Source: Candidatus Micrarchaeota archaeon (GTDB taxonomy: Archaea > Micrarchaeota > Micrarchaeia > Anstonellales > Bilamarchaeaceae). Taken from it: a stretch of DNA of 64,000 bases. Location of the stretch: NCBI GenBank assembly GCA_032123335.1, contig JAQBFN010000020.1, positions 1 to 64,000 on the forward strand, written 5' to 3'. The notes below the pieces were generated by a model. That model worked only from the letters and a program-made list of their open reading frames with translations, searched no databases and was not told where the DNA came from. The position numbers and the translations under genes are program-made. Positions within the stretch are counted from its first letter, which is position 1; every line of letters starts with the position of its first letter. This document shows positions 1-10,258 of this stretch, one piece after another.

Positions 1-61
1 ACTGAAGAGGGCGTAAGGCAAAAACCGTAGATTTTTATTGTTTCTTTGCTATTTCTGCACT

Positions 62-604
62 GTGGGAGAGGAATATACGGGAGTCAAGTTTGAATGCGTA
101 GTATCCGGTTCCCTGGAGGGAATGGATGCCCAGGTTGAGGAATACATTTCTATTGACCATGAGCTGCGTGCATACCTCTCCCCCAAGAACAATGAGGGGA
201 ATATGAGCATGCGCGCAGCAGGAAGTTTCCTCATAAAAGCAGCAGGCACACAGATGACCCATCTCACCAAGGAAGACGTTTCCTTTGTATCTGATATAGA
301 TGAAGAAGAATACTCGCTGAAAGCAAAGGGAAAAACGCCCTCCTCCGAATCCTTCATGCACTATTATATCTACAAATTCTACCCTGAAATAAACATTGTA
401 TTGCATTTCCACGATGAGCACCTAATGGAAAAAGCCAAGCATCTTCCTTCCGTAGGCCCATTCCCCTACGGGAGCCATGATTTGGCAAGGGAAGCGGCAA
501 AGGCAAAAGCAGCAGTAGTTAAAATAATCGAGCACGGGTTCCTCGTAAAAGCAAGGAGTTCTCAGGAGCTTTTCAGCACCCTTACAGCGTTGAGGAGCAT
601 ATAG
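62..604 (+). CDS. Class II aldolase/adducin family protein
   Basis: EGNMS, PSSESFMHYYIY and VLHFH metal-binding motifs; in-frame GTG at 62 preferred over ORF-track start 38. Confidence 0.75.
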   Translation: MGEEYTGVKFECVVSGSLEGMDAQVEEYISIDHELRAYLSPKNNEGNMSMRAAGSFLIKAAGTQMTHLTKEDVSFVSDIDEEEYSLKAKGKTPSSESFMHYYIYKFYPEINIVLHFHDEHLMEKAKHLPSVGPFPYGSHDLAREAAKAKAAVVKIIEHGFLVKARSSQELFSTLTALRSI

Positions 605-609
605 ATATT

Positions 610-734
610 AGTGCAATAACTTTACTAAAAGAATGCCAGCCCCTATAGGTAGTATCCCCTAATTTTGGCAGTTTTCAGCTATAGTGCTAACTTTCTTTTA
701 TTCTCAGTCGTAAGAAGTGCAATAACTTTACTAA
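610..734. repeat. 19-bp direct repeat AGTGCAATAACTTTACTAA (610-628, 716-734) with degenerate copies
   Basis: Read directly from AT-rich intergenic sequence; partial copies near 683 and 754. Confidence 0.85.
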
Positions 735-820
735 GTATAGTCCAAGGAGTATAAGTAACACTTTCCTAAATTTTCTTTCCAACATCTGCGAGAGCAGAAA
801 TTGCCCAGTTTGTAGAAACA

Positions 821-830
821 TTTATAAATA
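821..830 (+). promoter_or_regulatory. TATA box of the RNA polymerase operon
   Basis: TTTATAAATA preceded by purine-rich BRE-like GAAAC, upstream of rpoH. Confidence 0.6.
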
Positions 831-942
831 TTACCTATTAAGAAAAGAAGGCACTGCTAGCCTTATCTCTGCTCGAACGTCGGACTTCTCCGTCACAGGG
901 TGCTCCATATCGTAGATAGGACTGGCCATCTAAGGTGGGCTC

Positions 943-1185
943 TTGAAAAAAAAATCGACGATAGATGTACTGGATCACCATCTCGTTCCCAAGATGAAGA
1001 TATTGGGGGAAAAGGACAAGGAGAAACTCCTTAAAAAATACGGAATCACTGAAAAAGACCTTCCGGTAATGCTTGCTGACGACCCGGCCTCGCAAGCCCT
1101 GGACGCAAAACCAGGAGATGTCGTTGAGATAAAAAGGGAAGACCCCACGGGGCCTAATTTGTACTACCGCTTAGTAGCTGAATAG
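943..1185 (+). CDS. rpoH: RNA polymerase subunit Rpo5 (H)
   Basis: HHLVPK...LP...DP...GDVVEIKR...YYRLV; first gene of rpo operon. Confidence 0.97.
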   Translation: MKKKSTIDVLDHHLVPKMKILGEKDKEKLLKKYGITEKDLPVMLADDPASQALDAKPGDVVEIKREDPTGPNLYYRLVAE

Positions 1186-1189
1186 GTGT

Positions 1190-2659
1190 TTGAATATGAG
1201 GACCGCACTTCTTGATTCATATTTCAAGACGAATAGCCTTGTGAAGCAGCAGCTGGATTCCTACAACAGGTTTGTTGAGCTTGGGATGAAGCAGGTTGTT
1301 GAGAGGGTGAGTAAGATCGAAACCAATGTTGAAGGTTTTGAGCTGAGGCTTGGGAAAGTCCGTGTTGAGCCCCCCAGGTTCTACGAAGTAAAGGGAGGCT
1401 ACAGGCAGATTACCCCTACGGAAGCAAGGCTCAGGAACATCACATATGCGGCCCCGATCTTTCTCGAGATTGTCCCGCTTTTCAATGGAATTGAAAGACC
1501 AACTTATTCTGATGTTTTCATCGGGGAAATCCCGGTGATGGTGAAATCAAAGCTCTGTTATCTTGCACATATGACTCCTGAAGAATTGGTTGATGCAGGT
1601 GAGGATCCTGATGACCCTGGTGGATACTTCATCATAAACGGAAGCGAAAGGGTTCTGGTAGGAATCGAGGATCTTGTTCCGAACAAGATTATGACTACTG
1701 AGGAAACCAGTGGAACTGTTGCAAAGGTTTTCTCCACAAGGTACGGGTTCCGCGCAAGGTGTGTTGTAACAAGAAGCAAGGATGGAGTACTGAAGCTCGA
1801 GTTCCCTGCAACTCCTCCGGACCTTTCATTTATCCAGATTCTCAGGATTCTCGGCCTTGAAAAGGACAAGGATCTCCTTGATGCATTCTCAAGCGACCGC
1901 ATAATCCAGAATGATATTCTCCTTAACCTGGAAAATGAAACATGCAAGAGCAGGGAAGAGGCAATCCAAACGTTGAGCAAGAGGATTTCACCCGGGCAGC
2001 CGGAGGAGTTCAGGCTCTCCAGGCTGGACAACCTCATGGAAACATACCTGCTTCCCCACCTTGGAGTGACCAAGGAGGACCGCAAAAAGAAGTCATACTA
2101 CCTAATCAGGATGGCCCAGAGGGCGATAAGGGTTGCAAACAAGAAGCTCAAGCCTGATGACAAGGACCACTATGCGAACAAGCGGGTAAAGCTTGCAGGG
2201 AACCTTATGGACGAGCTCTTCAGGTACGCATTCCAGTTCCTTACCAAGGACATCATTTATCAGGCAAGCAGGGCAGATGCGCGTGGAAGGAAGCTTCAGG
2301 TGCACACGCTCGTGCGCCAGGACACATTAGTAGACAGGATCCGCTATGCAATGGCAACAGGAAACTGGATTGCAGGGCAGACGGGTGTTTCACAGCTCCT
2401 GGACCGCACAAGCAACCTTGCAATGATGTCCCACCTGAGGAGGGTGATTTCCCCATTGAGCAAGAAACACCCGCACTTCAAGGCAAGGGACCTGCACGGA
2501 ACCCATTGGGGAAAGCTCTGCCCGAGCGAAACCCCTGAAGGGCCAAGCTGTTCACTTGTAAAAAATCTCGCAATACTTGCACAGGTAACGAAAGGCGCTC
2601 CGGAAGAGGATGTAATCGAGCTGGTGAATAAGTTCGGTCTTGAGCGCGAATGGAAGTGA
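1190..2659 (+). CDS. rpoB2: RNA polymerase subunit B''
   Basis: QQLDSYNRF, GGYFIINGSERV, ARDLHGTHWGKLCPSETPEG motifs. Confidence 0.97.
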   Translation: MNMRTALLDSYFKTNSLVKQQLDSYNRFVELGMKQVVERVSKIETNVEGFELRLGKVRVEPPRFYEVKGGYRQITPTEARLRNITYAAPIFLEIVPLFNGIERPTYSDVFIGEIPVMVKSKLCYLAHMTPEELVDAGEDPDDPGGYFIINGSERVLVGIEDLVPNKIMTTEETSGTVAKVFSTRYGFRARCVVTRSKDGVLKLEFPATPPDLSFIQILRILGLEKDKDLLDAFSSDRIIQNDILLNLENETCKSREEAIQTLSKRISPGQPEEFRLSRLDNLMETYLLPHLGVTKEDRKKKSYYLIRMAQRAIRVANKKLKPDDKDHYANKRVKLAGNLMDELFRYAFQFLTKDIIYQASRADARGRKLQVHTLVRQDTLVDRIRYAMATGNWIAGQTGVSQLLDRTSNLAMMSHLRRVISPLSKKHPHFKARDLHGTHWGKLCPSETPEGPSCSLVKNLAILAQVTKGAPEEDVIELVNKFGLEREWK

Positions 2660-2664
2660 TATTT

Positions 2665-4578
2665 ATGGCGAAGAAAAAAACTGCTCCCAAGAAAAAAGCT
2701 GAAACTAAGGCAGCAACAGTAACAGTAAAGAAGCCGGATTCCAAGAAGAAAACAGCAAAGCCGGAAAAAGTAAACACTGCGGTTTACGTAAACGGAAACC
2801 TCCTGGGGTTCCACCCGGATGGTTCTGGCCTTGCTGCACGCCTCAGGGAAAAGAGGCGCATGAACGAGCTCAATTATGAAGTAAATGTTTTCTACAATGA
2901 CCGCACAAACGAACTCTTTATCAGCACTGATGGGGGAAGGGTACGCAAGCCATATGTGGTTATTGAGGAAGGGAAGTCCAGGCTTACCCCTGAAGTATTG
3001 AACAGGGTAAAGTCCGGTGCGCTTTCCTGGGAGCACCTCGTAAAGATGGGTGTAATTGAATACCTGGATGCGGAAGAGGAGGAAAACACCCTAATCGCAC
3101 TTAGGGAAGAGGACATCACCCCGGAGCACACACATTTCGAAGTTCTTCCCTCAACCATTTTTGGGGTAACTTCTTCAGTGCTTCCCTACCCGGAGCACAA
3201 CTCCGCACCAAGGATTACGATGGCCTGCTCAATGGCCAAGCAGTCCCTTGGGCTTTATGCAGTTAACTTCAACCACCGCTTTGACACCCGCGCATACGTG
3301 ATGTATTACCCCCAGAATCCCCTCGTATCCACGGATTTGTACAAGAGCCTCAACCTGAAGAAGAAGGCAGCAGGCCAGAATTTCGTTGTTGCAATTACAG
3401 CATACAAAGGATATAACATGGGAGATGGGACAGTGGTGAACCGCAATGCAATCGACCGTGGGCTTGGAAGGGCAATGATGCTCAAAACCCATGAAAGCGA
3501 AGAACGCCTTTACCCTGGTGGCCAGAAGGACAAGATTGAAATCCCCACCCCTGATGTTGTTGGTTACAGGGGAGAGGAAGCATACCGGTACCTGGACGAG
3601 GATGGGATTATTTTCCCCGAGAGCCAGGTGGACGGAAAGGATGTGCTGGTAGGAAAAACTTCGCCTCCCAGGTTCCTTGAGGAAATTTCCGTGTTCGGTG
3701 TAGTGGAAGAAAAGAAGAGGGAGAGCTCACTCTCGCTCAAGTCCGGAGAGAAAGGTGCAATTGATGCAGTGATGGTTACGGAAGCGCCAAGCGGAAACAG
3801 GCTCGTAAAAATCAAGGTGCGCTCACCCAAAGTTCCTGAAGTTGGGGACAAGTTCGCTTCAAGGCACGGCCAGAAGGGAGTTATCGGCCTTCTCCTGAAG
3901 CAGGAAGACATGCCTTTTACAAAGGATGGAATTGTGCCAGACCTGATACTTAACCCGCACGCAATTCCCTCGAGGATGACTGCAGGGCACCTCCTTGAAA
4001 CATTGGGAGGAAAGGCTTCCGCGCTTGACGGGAAGCTGATGGACGGAACCGCATTCAGCGGAAACACCGAAGAGGATTATGTAAAGGTGCTCACGGCGCA
4101 TGGCTTTGATGTGCACGGAGAAGAATGGCTTTACGATGGGATTACCGGCCAGAAAATGAAAGTGAAGCTTTTTATCGGCCCGGTGTACTACCAGAGGCTC
4201 CACCACCTTGTATCCAATAAGATACATGTGAGGAGCAGAGGGCCTGTCCAGCTGCTCACCCTCCAGCCCACAGAAGGAAGGGCAAGGGAAGGTGGGCTCA
4301 GGTTCGGAGAAATGGAACGTGACTGCCTTATCGGGTATGGCGCGAGCATGGTAATCAGGGAGAGGCTCCTTGAGGAAAGCGACAAGACAATCCAGCTCGT
4401 TTGCAACAAGTGCGGCATGTTTGCGTACCGTGATTATGTGAAGAACAAAGAAGTTTGCCCGCTCTGCGAGAGCGAAGACATCTCCCCAATAGAGATGAGC
4501 TATGCATTCAAGCTGTTGCTTGGGGAAATACGCTCGATGTTTATCTTCCCGCGTATTATCCTGAGGGACAAAGCGTGA
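2665..4578 (+). CDS. rpoB1: RNA polymerase subunit B'
   Basis: GDKFASRHGQKG, RFGEMERD, C-terminal Zn ribbon; Lys-rich N-terminal extension. Confidence 0.97.
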   Translation: MAKKKTAPKKKAETKAATVTVKKPDSKKKTAKPEKVNTAVYVNGNLLGFHPDGSGLAARLREKRRMNELNYEVNVFYNDRTNELFISTDGGRVRKPYVVIEEGKSRLTPEVLNRVKSGALSWEHLVKMGVIEYLDAEEEENTLIALREEDITPEHTHFEVLPSTIFGVTSSVLPYPEHNSAPRITMACSMAKQSLGLYAVNFNHRFDTRAYVMYYPQNPLVSTDLYKSLNLKKKAAGQNFVVAITAYKGYNMGDGTVVNRNAIDRGLGRAMMLKTHESEERLYPGGQKDKIEIPTPDVVGYRGEEAYRYLDEDGIIFPESQVDGKDVLVGKTSPPRFLEEISVFGVVEEKKRESSLSLKSGEKGAIDAVMVTEAPSGNRLVKIKVRSPKVPEVGDKFASRHGQKGVIGLLLKQEDMPFTKDGIVPDLILNPHAIPSRMTAGHLLETLGGKASALDGKLMDGTAFSGNTEEDYVKVLTAHGFDVHGEEWLYDGITGQKMKVKLFIGPVYYQRLHHLVSNKIHVRSRGPVQLLTLQPTEGRAREGGLRFGEMERDCLIGYGASMVIRERLLEESDKTIQLVCNKCGMFAYRDYVKNKEVCPLCESEDISPIEMSYAFKLLLGEIRSMFIFPRIILRDKA

Positions 4579-4585
4579 GGTGGCC

Positions 4586-7057
4586 ATGATGGAGAACATT
4601 GAAAAAATAATCGACAAGATTCGCTTTTCCCTTTTTTCTCCAGAGATGGTGAGGGAAATCTCAGGAGCAAGGGTCGTAATCCCGGATACCTATGATGATG
4701 ACGGATACCCCATTGATGGGGGGCTCGTAGACTCAAGGCTCGGAGTCGTTGACCCCGGCCTCAGGTGCAAGACTTGTGGAGGGAACGTGAAGGAGTGCCC
4801 CGGCCACTTTGGGCACATAGACCTTGTCCGCCCGGTTATCCATGTGGAATACGCAAAATCCATGTATGAAGTAATGCGCGCAACCTGCCCGCACTGCCAT
4901 AGGGCAACAATTGAGGCTCCCAAAGAAAAGCCCCCAAAGGGAAAGTGCCCGCACTGCAAGGGAGAACTCCCGGATATCAAGTACCTGAAGCCAACCACCT
5001 TTTTCAGGGATGGAAACTCAATGCTTCCCACTGAAGTGCAGGACTGGCTTTCCTCAATTTCCAACGAGGAACTCCAGAAACTTGGGTGGAACACAGATTA
5101 TGCAAGGCCTGAGTGGGCAATTCTTACAGTATTGCTTGTTTCATCCGTAAAGGTGAGGCCTTCAATTACGCTTGAATCAGGAGAGAGGAGCGAAGATGAC
5201 CTTACGCACAAGCTTGTAGATATTATACGTATTAACCAGAAACTGGAAGCAAATATTAATGCGGGAGCCCCACAGCTCATTATTGAGGATCTCTGGGAAC
5301 TTCTCCAGTACCATATTACTACATACCTAAATAATGAAACTGCAAACATCCCGCCAGCAAGGCACAGGAGCGGAAGGCCGCTCAAGACGCTTGCGCAGAG
5401 GCTCAAGGGAAAAGAGGGAAGGTTCAGGTACAACCTTCTCGGAAAGAGGGTGAACTTCTCAGCGCGTACAGTTATTTCCCCTGACCCGAAAATCCGCCTG
5501 GATGAAGTGGGTGTCCCCACTGCAATTGCGGCAGAGCTCACTATTCCCATAGCAGTTACCGATTGGAACGTTGAGGAATGCAGGAAGTATGTGCTTGCGG
5601 ACAAGTATCCGCGCGCAATCTACATCATCCGTCCGGACGCGAGGAAAATGAAGGTTACTGAGGAGCTAAGGACTGATCTTGCAGCTGATTTGAAGATAGG
5701 CTCCACAATCGAGAGGCAGCTTACTGATGGGGACATCGCCCTTTTTAACAGGCAGCCTTCGCTGCACAGGGTTTCCATGATGGCACACGAAGTGCGTGTG
5801 CTGCCCGGGAAAACTTTCAGGCTCAACCCCACCACAACCCCTCCATACAACGCGGACTTTGATGGGGATGAGATGAACCTGCACGTTCTGCAGACCCAGG
5901 AATCCCAGGCTGAGGCACGCCTCCTGATGAAGGTGGAAGACCAGATTGTCTCCCCCAGGCACGGGCACGCAATCGTGAAGCCACAGGAGGACCACGTTTC
6001 AGCAACCTACTTCTTCACAAGGGATGACGCAATTTTCACGAAGGAGCAGGCAGCAAACCTGCTTTACCTAGCAGATATAACCAAGCTCCCGAAGCCGGAC
6101 AAGGGGAAGAACTATTCAGGAAAGCTCCTCTTCTCAATGCTTCTCCCGGACGACTTCAGCATCAAAATCAAATCCAAGCTGAGGGAAGAAATCATAATTG
6201 TCAATGGGAAGCTCAAGAAGGGTGCAATCGAGAGCAGGGCAATCGAGAAGGACCTCCTCGAGAAGATGTTCATCAACTACGGCTCCGCATTCACAAGGAA
6301 GTTCATAGATGACATCACCCAGATGTGCCTTGAGGCACTTGCCTGGCATGGATTCAGCGTTTCCATGGCAAGCTACACCCTTAGCGACAAGGCTGAGAAT
6401 AAGGTGCACGAACTTGGTGATAAGGTGAAGAGGGAAATCGAGAACCTCATCCTCCAGTACAAGAACGGGAAGCTTGAGCGCTCACCCGGTCTTAGCCACA
6501 GGGAAACACTTGAAAGCAACATCATGATGGCCACCTCCAAGGCAAGGAATGATGCAGGAAAGATTGTTGAGCAGGACTTTGGCCTCACCAACCCATCCAT
6601 CATCATGGCCACGATTGGAGCAAGAGGAAGCCTCCTTAATGCAATTCAGATGAGTGCGCTCGTAGGGCAGCAGGCAATCAGGAGCAAGAGGCCTTCGCGT
6701 GGTTATTACAAGAGAGTGCTCCCATTCTACCTGCGGGGCCAGCTTACTGCAAAGGAGCGCGGTTTCGTGTTCAGCTCATTCAGGGAGGGCCTTGGGCCGG
6801 ATGAATTCTTCCTTGCATCAATGGGAGGAAGGGAATCACTGGTCAACACGGCCATCCGTACGGCCCGCTCAGGTTACATGCAGAGAAGGCTTATCCACGC
6901 ACTCCAGGACCTCATAGTCGAGGAAAAGGGTGAAGTAAGGAATGGAAGGGACGAGATAATCCAATTCGTTTATGGAGGGGACTGCAACGACCCGATGTTC
7001 GCCACAAGAGCGGAATATTTCGAATCGACCCGTCAGGACGACGTGGATACAGTATGA
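4586..7057 (+). CDS. rpoA1: RNA polymerase subunit A'
   Basis: Catalytic [19 protein letters not shown] Zn site; GAGGTG RBS before ATG 4586. Confidence 0.98.
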   Translation: MMENIEKIIDKIRFSLFSPEMVREISGARVVIPDTYDDDGYPIDGGLVDSRLGVVDPGLRCKTCGGNVKECPGHFGHIDLVRPVIHVEYAKSMYEVMRATCPHCHRATIEAPKEKPPKGKCPHCKGELPDIKYLKPTTFFRDGNSMLPTEVQDWLSSISNEELQKLGWNTDYARPEWAILTVLLVSSVKVRPSITLESGERSEDDLTHKLVDIIRINQKLEANINAGAPQLIIEDLWELLQYHITTYLNNETANIPPARHRSGRPLKTLAQRLKGKEGRFRYNLLGKRVNFSARTVISPDPKIRLDEVGVPTAIAAELTIPIAVTDWNVEECRKYVLADKYPRAIYIIRPDARKMKVTEELRTDLAADLKIGSTIERQLTDGDIALFNRQPSLHRVSMMAHEVRVLPGKTFRLNPTTTPPYNADFDGDEMNLHVLQTQESQAEARLLMKVEDQIVSPRHGHAIVKPQEDHVSATYFFTRDDAIFTKEQAANLLYLADITKLPKPDKGKNYSGKLLFSMLLPDDFSIKIKSKLREEIIIVNGKLKKGAIESRAIEKDLLEKMFINYGSAFTRKFIDDITQMCLEALAWHGFSVSMASYTLSDKAENKVHELGDKVKREIENLILQYKNGKLERSPGLSHRETLESNIMMATSKARNDAGKIVEQDFGLTNPSIIMATIGARGSLLNAIQMSALVGQQAIRSKRPSRGYYKRVLPFYLRGQLTAKERGFVFSSFREGLGPDEFFLASMGGRESLVNTAIRTARSGYMQRRLIHALQDLIVEEKGEVRNGRDEIIQFVYGGDCNDPMFATRAEYFESTRQDDVDTV

Positions 7058-7067
7058 GGTGTTAGCT

Positions 7068-8090
7068 ATGGCAAAATCATCCGTAAAAATTAGCCCGTAT
7101 TCCGCTGTTGGTATTGTTGCTGCGCAGAGCCTTGGGGAACCAGGCACGCAGATGACAATGAGGACGTTCCACTACGCAGGTGTGGCAGAGCATGTCCCCA
7201 CTGGACTTCCAAGGCTCATTGAGCTTGTGGACGCAAAGAAGGAGCCCAAGAAATCCATCGTGGAAGTGCACCTTGCAAAGGAATACAAAACAAAGGAATC
7301 ACAGGCAAAGGCGCTTGCAAAGGAAATGGAATCAGTGCTGCTCCCTGAAATTGCATTCGTCATCGAAGACATGGCTAAGAAGAGGACTCTCCTGAAGCTC
7401 AAGAAGGATGATGCAAAGGCACTTGGAGTAACCATGGAAATGCTCAAGGAAGCAGTAAAGAAAACCGTGGGGGTACACAAGGTTGAGCAGAGGGGTGACA
7501 AGCTCTCTGTAAGGCTCCTCAAGGCGGACAAGGAGAGGGAAAAGCCGCTAAAGGACCTCAGGAAGCTCACAGTGAAAATCAAGAAGACCCTTGTGAAGGG
7601 AGTATCCGGAATCAAGAGGTCTGTGGTGATCAAGGACAAGGGAGAATACTTTATTCGCGCATCCGGATTCAACATAAAGGACATTATGAAGCTCAAGAAA
7701 GTTGACCCTTCCAGGATTTACACAAATTCAGTAATGGAGATTGAAAAGACCTTCGGTATTGAGGCAGCAAGGAACGCAACCATAAGGGAAATGCAGAGCG
7801 TTATGGACCTCCAGGGCATCTCCGTTGACATCAGGCACATCATGCTCCTTGCAGATGCAATGACTTCGGATGGGAAGGTGAAATCCATCGGAAGGCACGG
7901 GCTTTCCGGAGAAAAAGCAGGAGTGATGGGCCGTGCAGCGTTCGAGGAAACAATCAAGCACCTTGTAAATGCTTCAATTGTAGGGGAAGATGACGACCTT
8001 GTAGGAGTAACCGAGAACATAATCGTGGGCCAGACCATTCCGATTGGAACAGGGAGAATCAAGCTCGGGATGAAGGCAACAAAGAAATAA
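7068..8090 (+). CDS. rpoA2: RNA polymerase subunit A''
   Basis: [49 protein letters not shown] before ATG 7068. Confidence 0.97.
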   Translation: MAKSSVKISPYSAVGIVAAQSLGEPGTQMTMRTFHYAGVAEHVPTGLPRLIELVDAKKEPKKSIVEVHLAKEYKTKESQAKALAKEMESVLLPEIAFVIEDMAKKRTLLKLKKDDAKALGVTMEMLKEAVKKTVGVHKVEQRGDKLSVRLLKADKEREKPLKDLRKLTVKIKKTLVKGVSGIKRSVVIKDKGEYFIRASGFNIKDIMKLKKVDPSRIYTNSVMEIEKTFGIEAARNATIREMQSVMDLQGISVDIRHIMLLADAMTSDGKVKSIGRHGLSGEKAGVMGRAAFEETIKHLVNASIVGEDDDLVGVTENIIVGQTIPIGTGRIKLGMKATKK

Positions 8091-8120
8091 TGTTAATTGA
8101 TTAGATTAGAGGTAATACAA

Positions 8121-8231
8121 ATGGAAGAAGAAAAGGTTGAGATTGAGTGGTCTCCGACCACAGCCCTCGTTGGCAAAAAGCCAACTCGGTTGAGCGGACT
8201 CCGTCCACAACTCTCAACCTTTCCTGAGTAA
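8121..8231 (+). other. Duplicated rpl30e translation start with 36-codon mini-ORF and hairpin insert
   Basis: ATGGAAGAAGAAAAGGTTGAGA occurs at 8121 and 8260, each after GAGGTAA; AAAGGTTGAGA can pair with downstream TCTCAACCTTT. Confidence 0.7.
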
Positions 8232-8259
8232 TGCTAACAAGAATAAAGAGGTAACATAC

Positions 8260-8685
8260 ATGGAAGAAGAAAAGGTTGAGAAAGCCCCAACGGCTGGAGG
8301 AACCCCGGAGACCAAAAGGAGAGTTCAGATAAAATCCAAGAACAAGGTAATCCGGAAGAGGAAATCCAAGAAGGAAAAGGAGAACCCGCTTTCAAGTGCA
8401 ATCCGCCTTGCGGTGGAGAGCGGAAAGGTGGGCTTTGGCTCAAAGAAGGGAGTAAGAGAACTCCTGCTTGGAAGCGTTAAGCTGGTTGTGGTTGCAGGAA
8501 ATGTGCCCCCCGCGCTCGCGGAAGATGTGAATAGATACGGGCAGATTTCCGAAATTCCCCTTGTGGACTTCCCGGGAACGAGCCTTGAATTGGGCTCAAT
8601 CTGCGGAAAGCCGTTCCCGGTTTCCGTGCTCGCGGTTTACGATGAAGGTGTTTCCAACATAATGGAATTTGGCAAGAAGAAGTGA
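8260..8685 (+). CDS. rpl30e: 50S ribosomal protein L30e (N-terminally extended)
   Basis: GTSLELGSICGKPFPVSVLAV motif; synteny. Confidence 0.95.
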   Translation: MEEEKVEKAPTAGGTPETKRRVQIKSKNKVIRKRKSKKEKENPLSSAIRLAVESGKVGFGSKKGVRELLLGSVKLVVVAGNVPPALAEDVNRYGQISEIPLVDFPGTSLELGSICGKPFPVSVLAVYDEGVSNIMEFGKKK

Positions 8686-9119
8686 GATGCGTGGAAATAA
8701 CCGGGGAAGACCTTAAGCTGATAAACCTATTCGAATCCGTTACAGGAGTTATCCCTTCAGACATGGAAATCGTGGGGGAGGGGATAGTTTTCCTTGTGGA
8801 TGATGCCAACCTTGGCAAGGCAATAGGGAAAAAGGGCGCAAATATCCAGAAGCTGAGGGCGAAGCTTAACAAGAACGTGCTTGTTTCAAAGGATGACAAT
8901 GAGCCGGAGGCGTTCCTCCGCGGCTTCTTCAACAACATAGAAATTCTCTCTTTCGAGATAAGGGAGGCGCCCGGGCAGAAGGTTGCATTCATCACAGTGC
9001 CCGACTCCCAGCGAGGAATCGCGATAGGGAGGGGTGGAATAAGAGTGAAGGCAGCAAAGGCTTTCCTTAAAAAGAAGTTCGGAACTGACCTGATGCTCAA
9101 GACGCGGAGAGTGGGATAA
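8682..9119 (+). CDS. nusA: Archaeal NusA (KH domains)
   Basis: GKAIGKKG and GIAIGRGG KH motifs; synteny. Confidence 0.93.
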   Translation: MRCVEITGEDLKLINLFESVTGVIPSDMEIVGEGIVFLVDDANLGKAIGKKGANIQKLRAKLNKNVLVSKDDNEPEAFLRGFFNNIEILSFEIREAPGQKVAFITVPDSQRGIAIGRGGIRVKAAKAFLKKKFGTDLMLKTRRVG

Positions 9120-9179
9120 TGTTTATAAACAAATCGATGCTAAGATGTAGACTACCGTCATATTTTCTTTGGTGATCAT

Positions 9180-9608
9180 ATGGGAAATGGTGAATTTGCA
9201 GGAAGAAACATAGAAAGGAAGAGGAAAAGGGAGCGCTGGCTTCGGAAGAAGTGGAAGAGGACTGCCCTTAAGCTTAAGAATAAGTTCGACCCTCTCGAGG
9301 GGGCGCCGCAGGCAAGCGGAATCGTCCTGGAGAAGGTGGTGCTTGAGCAGAAGCAGCCGCACTCAGGTCTTATCAAGTGCGTGAAGGTGCAGCTAATCAA
9401 GAACGGAAAGGTTGTAACCGCATTCCCCCCGAGAGATAAGGCAATCACATTCATTGATGAGCACGATACAGTGGTCATCGCAGGGCTGGGGGGTTCCCAG
9501 CGCGGCCAGATGGGCTCCATTCCCGGAGTTAGGTATAAGGTGGTCAGCATAAACGGAATTGACCTCCAGGCAATGAGGCACGGGAAGAAGGAGAAGGCCA
9601 AGAGGTAG
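9180..9608 (+). CDS. rps12: 30S ribosomal protein S12
   Basis: [28 protein letters not shown]. Confidence 0.97.
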   Translation: MGNGEFAGRNIERKRKRERWLRKKWKRTALKLKNKFDPLEGAPQASGIVLEKVVLEQKQPHSGLIKCVKVQLIKNGKVVTAFPPRDKAITFIDEHDTVVIAGLGGSQRGQMGSIPGVRYKVVSINGIDLQAMRHGKKEKAKR

Positions 9609-9614
9609 ATTTGA

Positions 9615-10220
9615 ATGAAGCTCTTTGGAAAATACGAACTAAGTGAGGTTGAAGTCAGGGACGTCAGCCTCAGGAGTGCACTCTCATTTGAGGGCGTTAA
9701 TTACAGGGCACATACATTTGGAAGGCATGCAAAGAAGCAGCACGCAAAGACAAAGGTAAACGTGGTCGAGAGGCTCACAAATAAACTCATGAGAGGAGGA
9801 ACAGGTGAGAAGACTTCCGGAAAGGTTATCCGCACAAAAGGGAGGCTGCAGGGAAAGAAGCAGCAGGTTCTCGGGGTTGTGGAAAAAGCTTTCGATATTG
9901 TTGCAGAGAAGACCAGCAAGAACCCTGTGCAGGTTCTCGTGGATGCGCTTGAGAACTCAGCGCCACGTGAAGAAGTCACAAGGGTATCCCACGGTGGAGT
10001 GAGCTACCAGATTGCGGTTGATGTCTCTTCTTCAAGAAGGTTGGATCTCGCACTCAGGAACATTACTCTTGCAGCGCTCATGCGTTCATTCAAGAAACCG
10101 GTTTCGCTTTCTGAATCACTTGCGAACGAGATCATTTACTCAGCGAACAATGATGTGCAGAGCAGCTTTGCCATCAAGAAGCGTGATGAGGCAGAGAGGA
10201 TGGCGAGGAGCGCAAGATAG
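9615..10220 (+). CDS. rps7: 30S ribosomal protein S7
   Basis: NPVQVLVDALENSAPREE, AVDVSSSRRLD, ERMARSAR. Confidence 0.97.
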   Translation: MKLFGKYELSEVEVRDVSLRSALSFEGVNYRAHTFGRHAKKQHAKTKVNVVERLTNKLMRGGTGEKTSGKVIRTKGRLQGKKQQVLGVVEKAFDIVAEKTSKNPVQVLVDALENSAPREEVTRVSHGGVSYQIAVDVSSSRRLDLALRNITLAALMRSFKKPVSLSESLANEIIYSANNDVQSSFAIKKRDEAERMARSAR

Positions 10221-10258
10221 AGCTCCTTTATTTTTATTATTTTTCTTTGGTGAAACTT

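Noticed and set aside
605..775. CRISPR array
   Set aside because: Only two exact 19-bp copies, irregular spacing, no cas genes in the window
6972..7067. Longer rpoA'' start
   Set aside because: Overlaps rpoA' and lacks RBS; GAGGTG precedes ATG 7068
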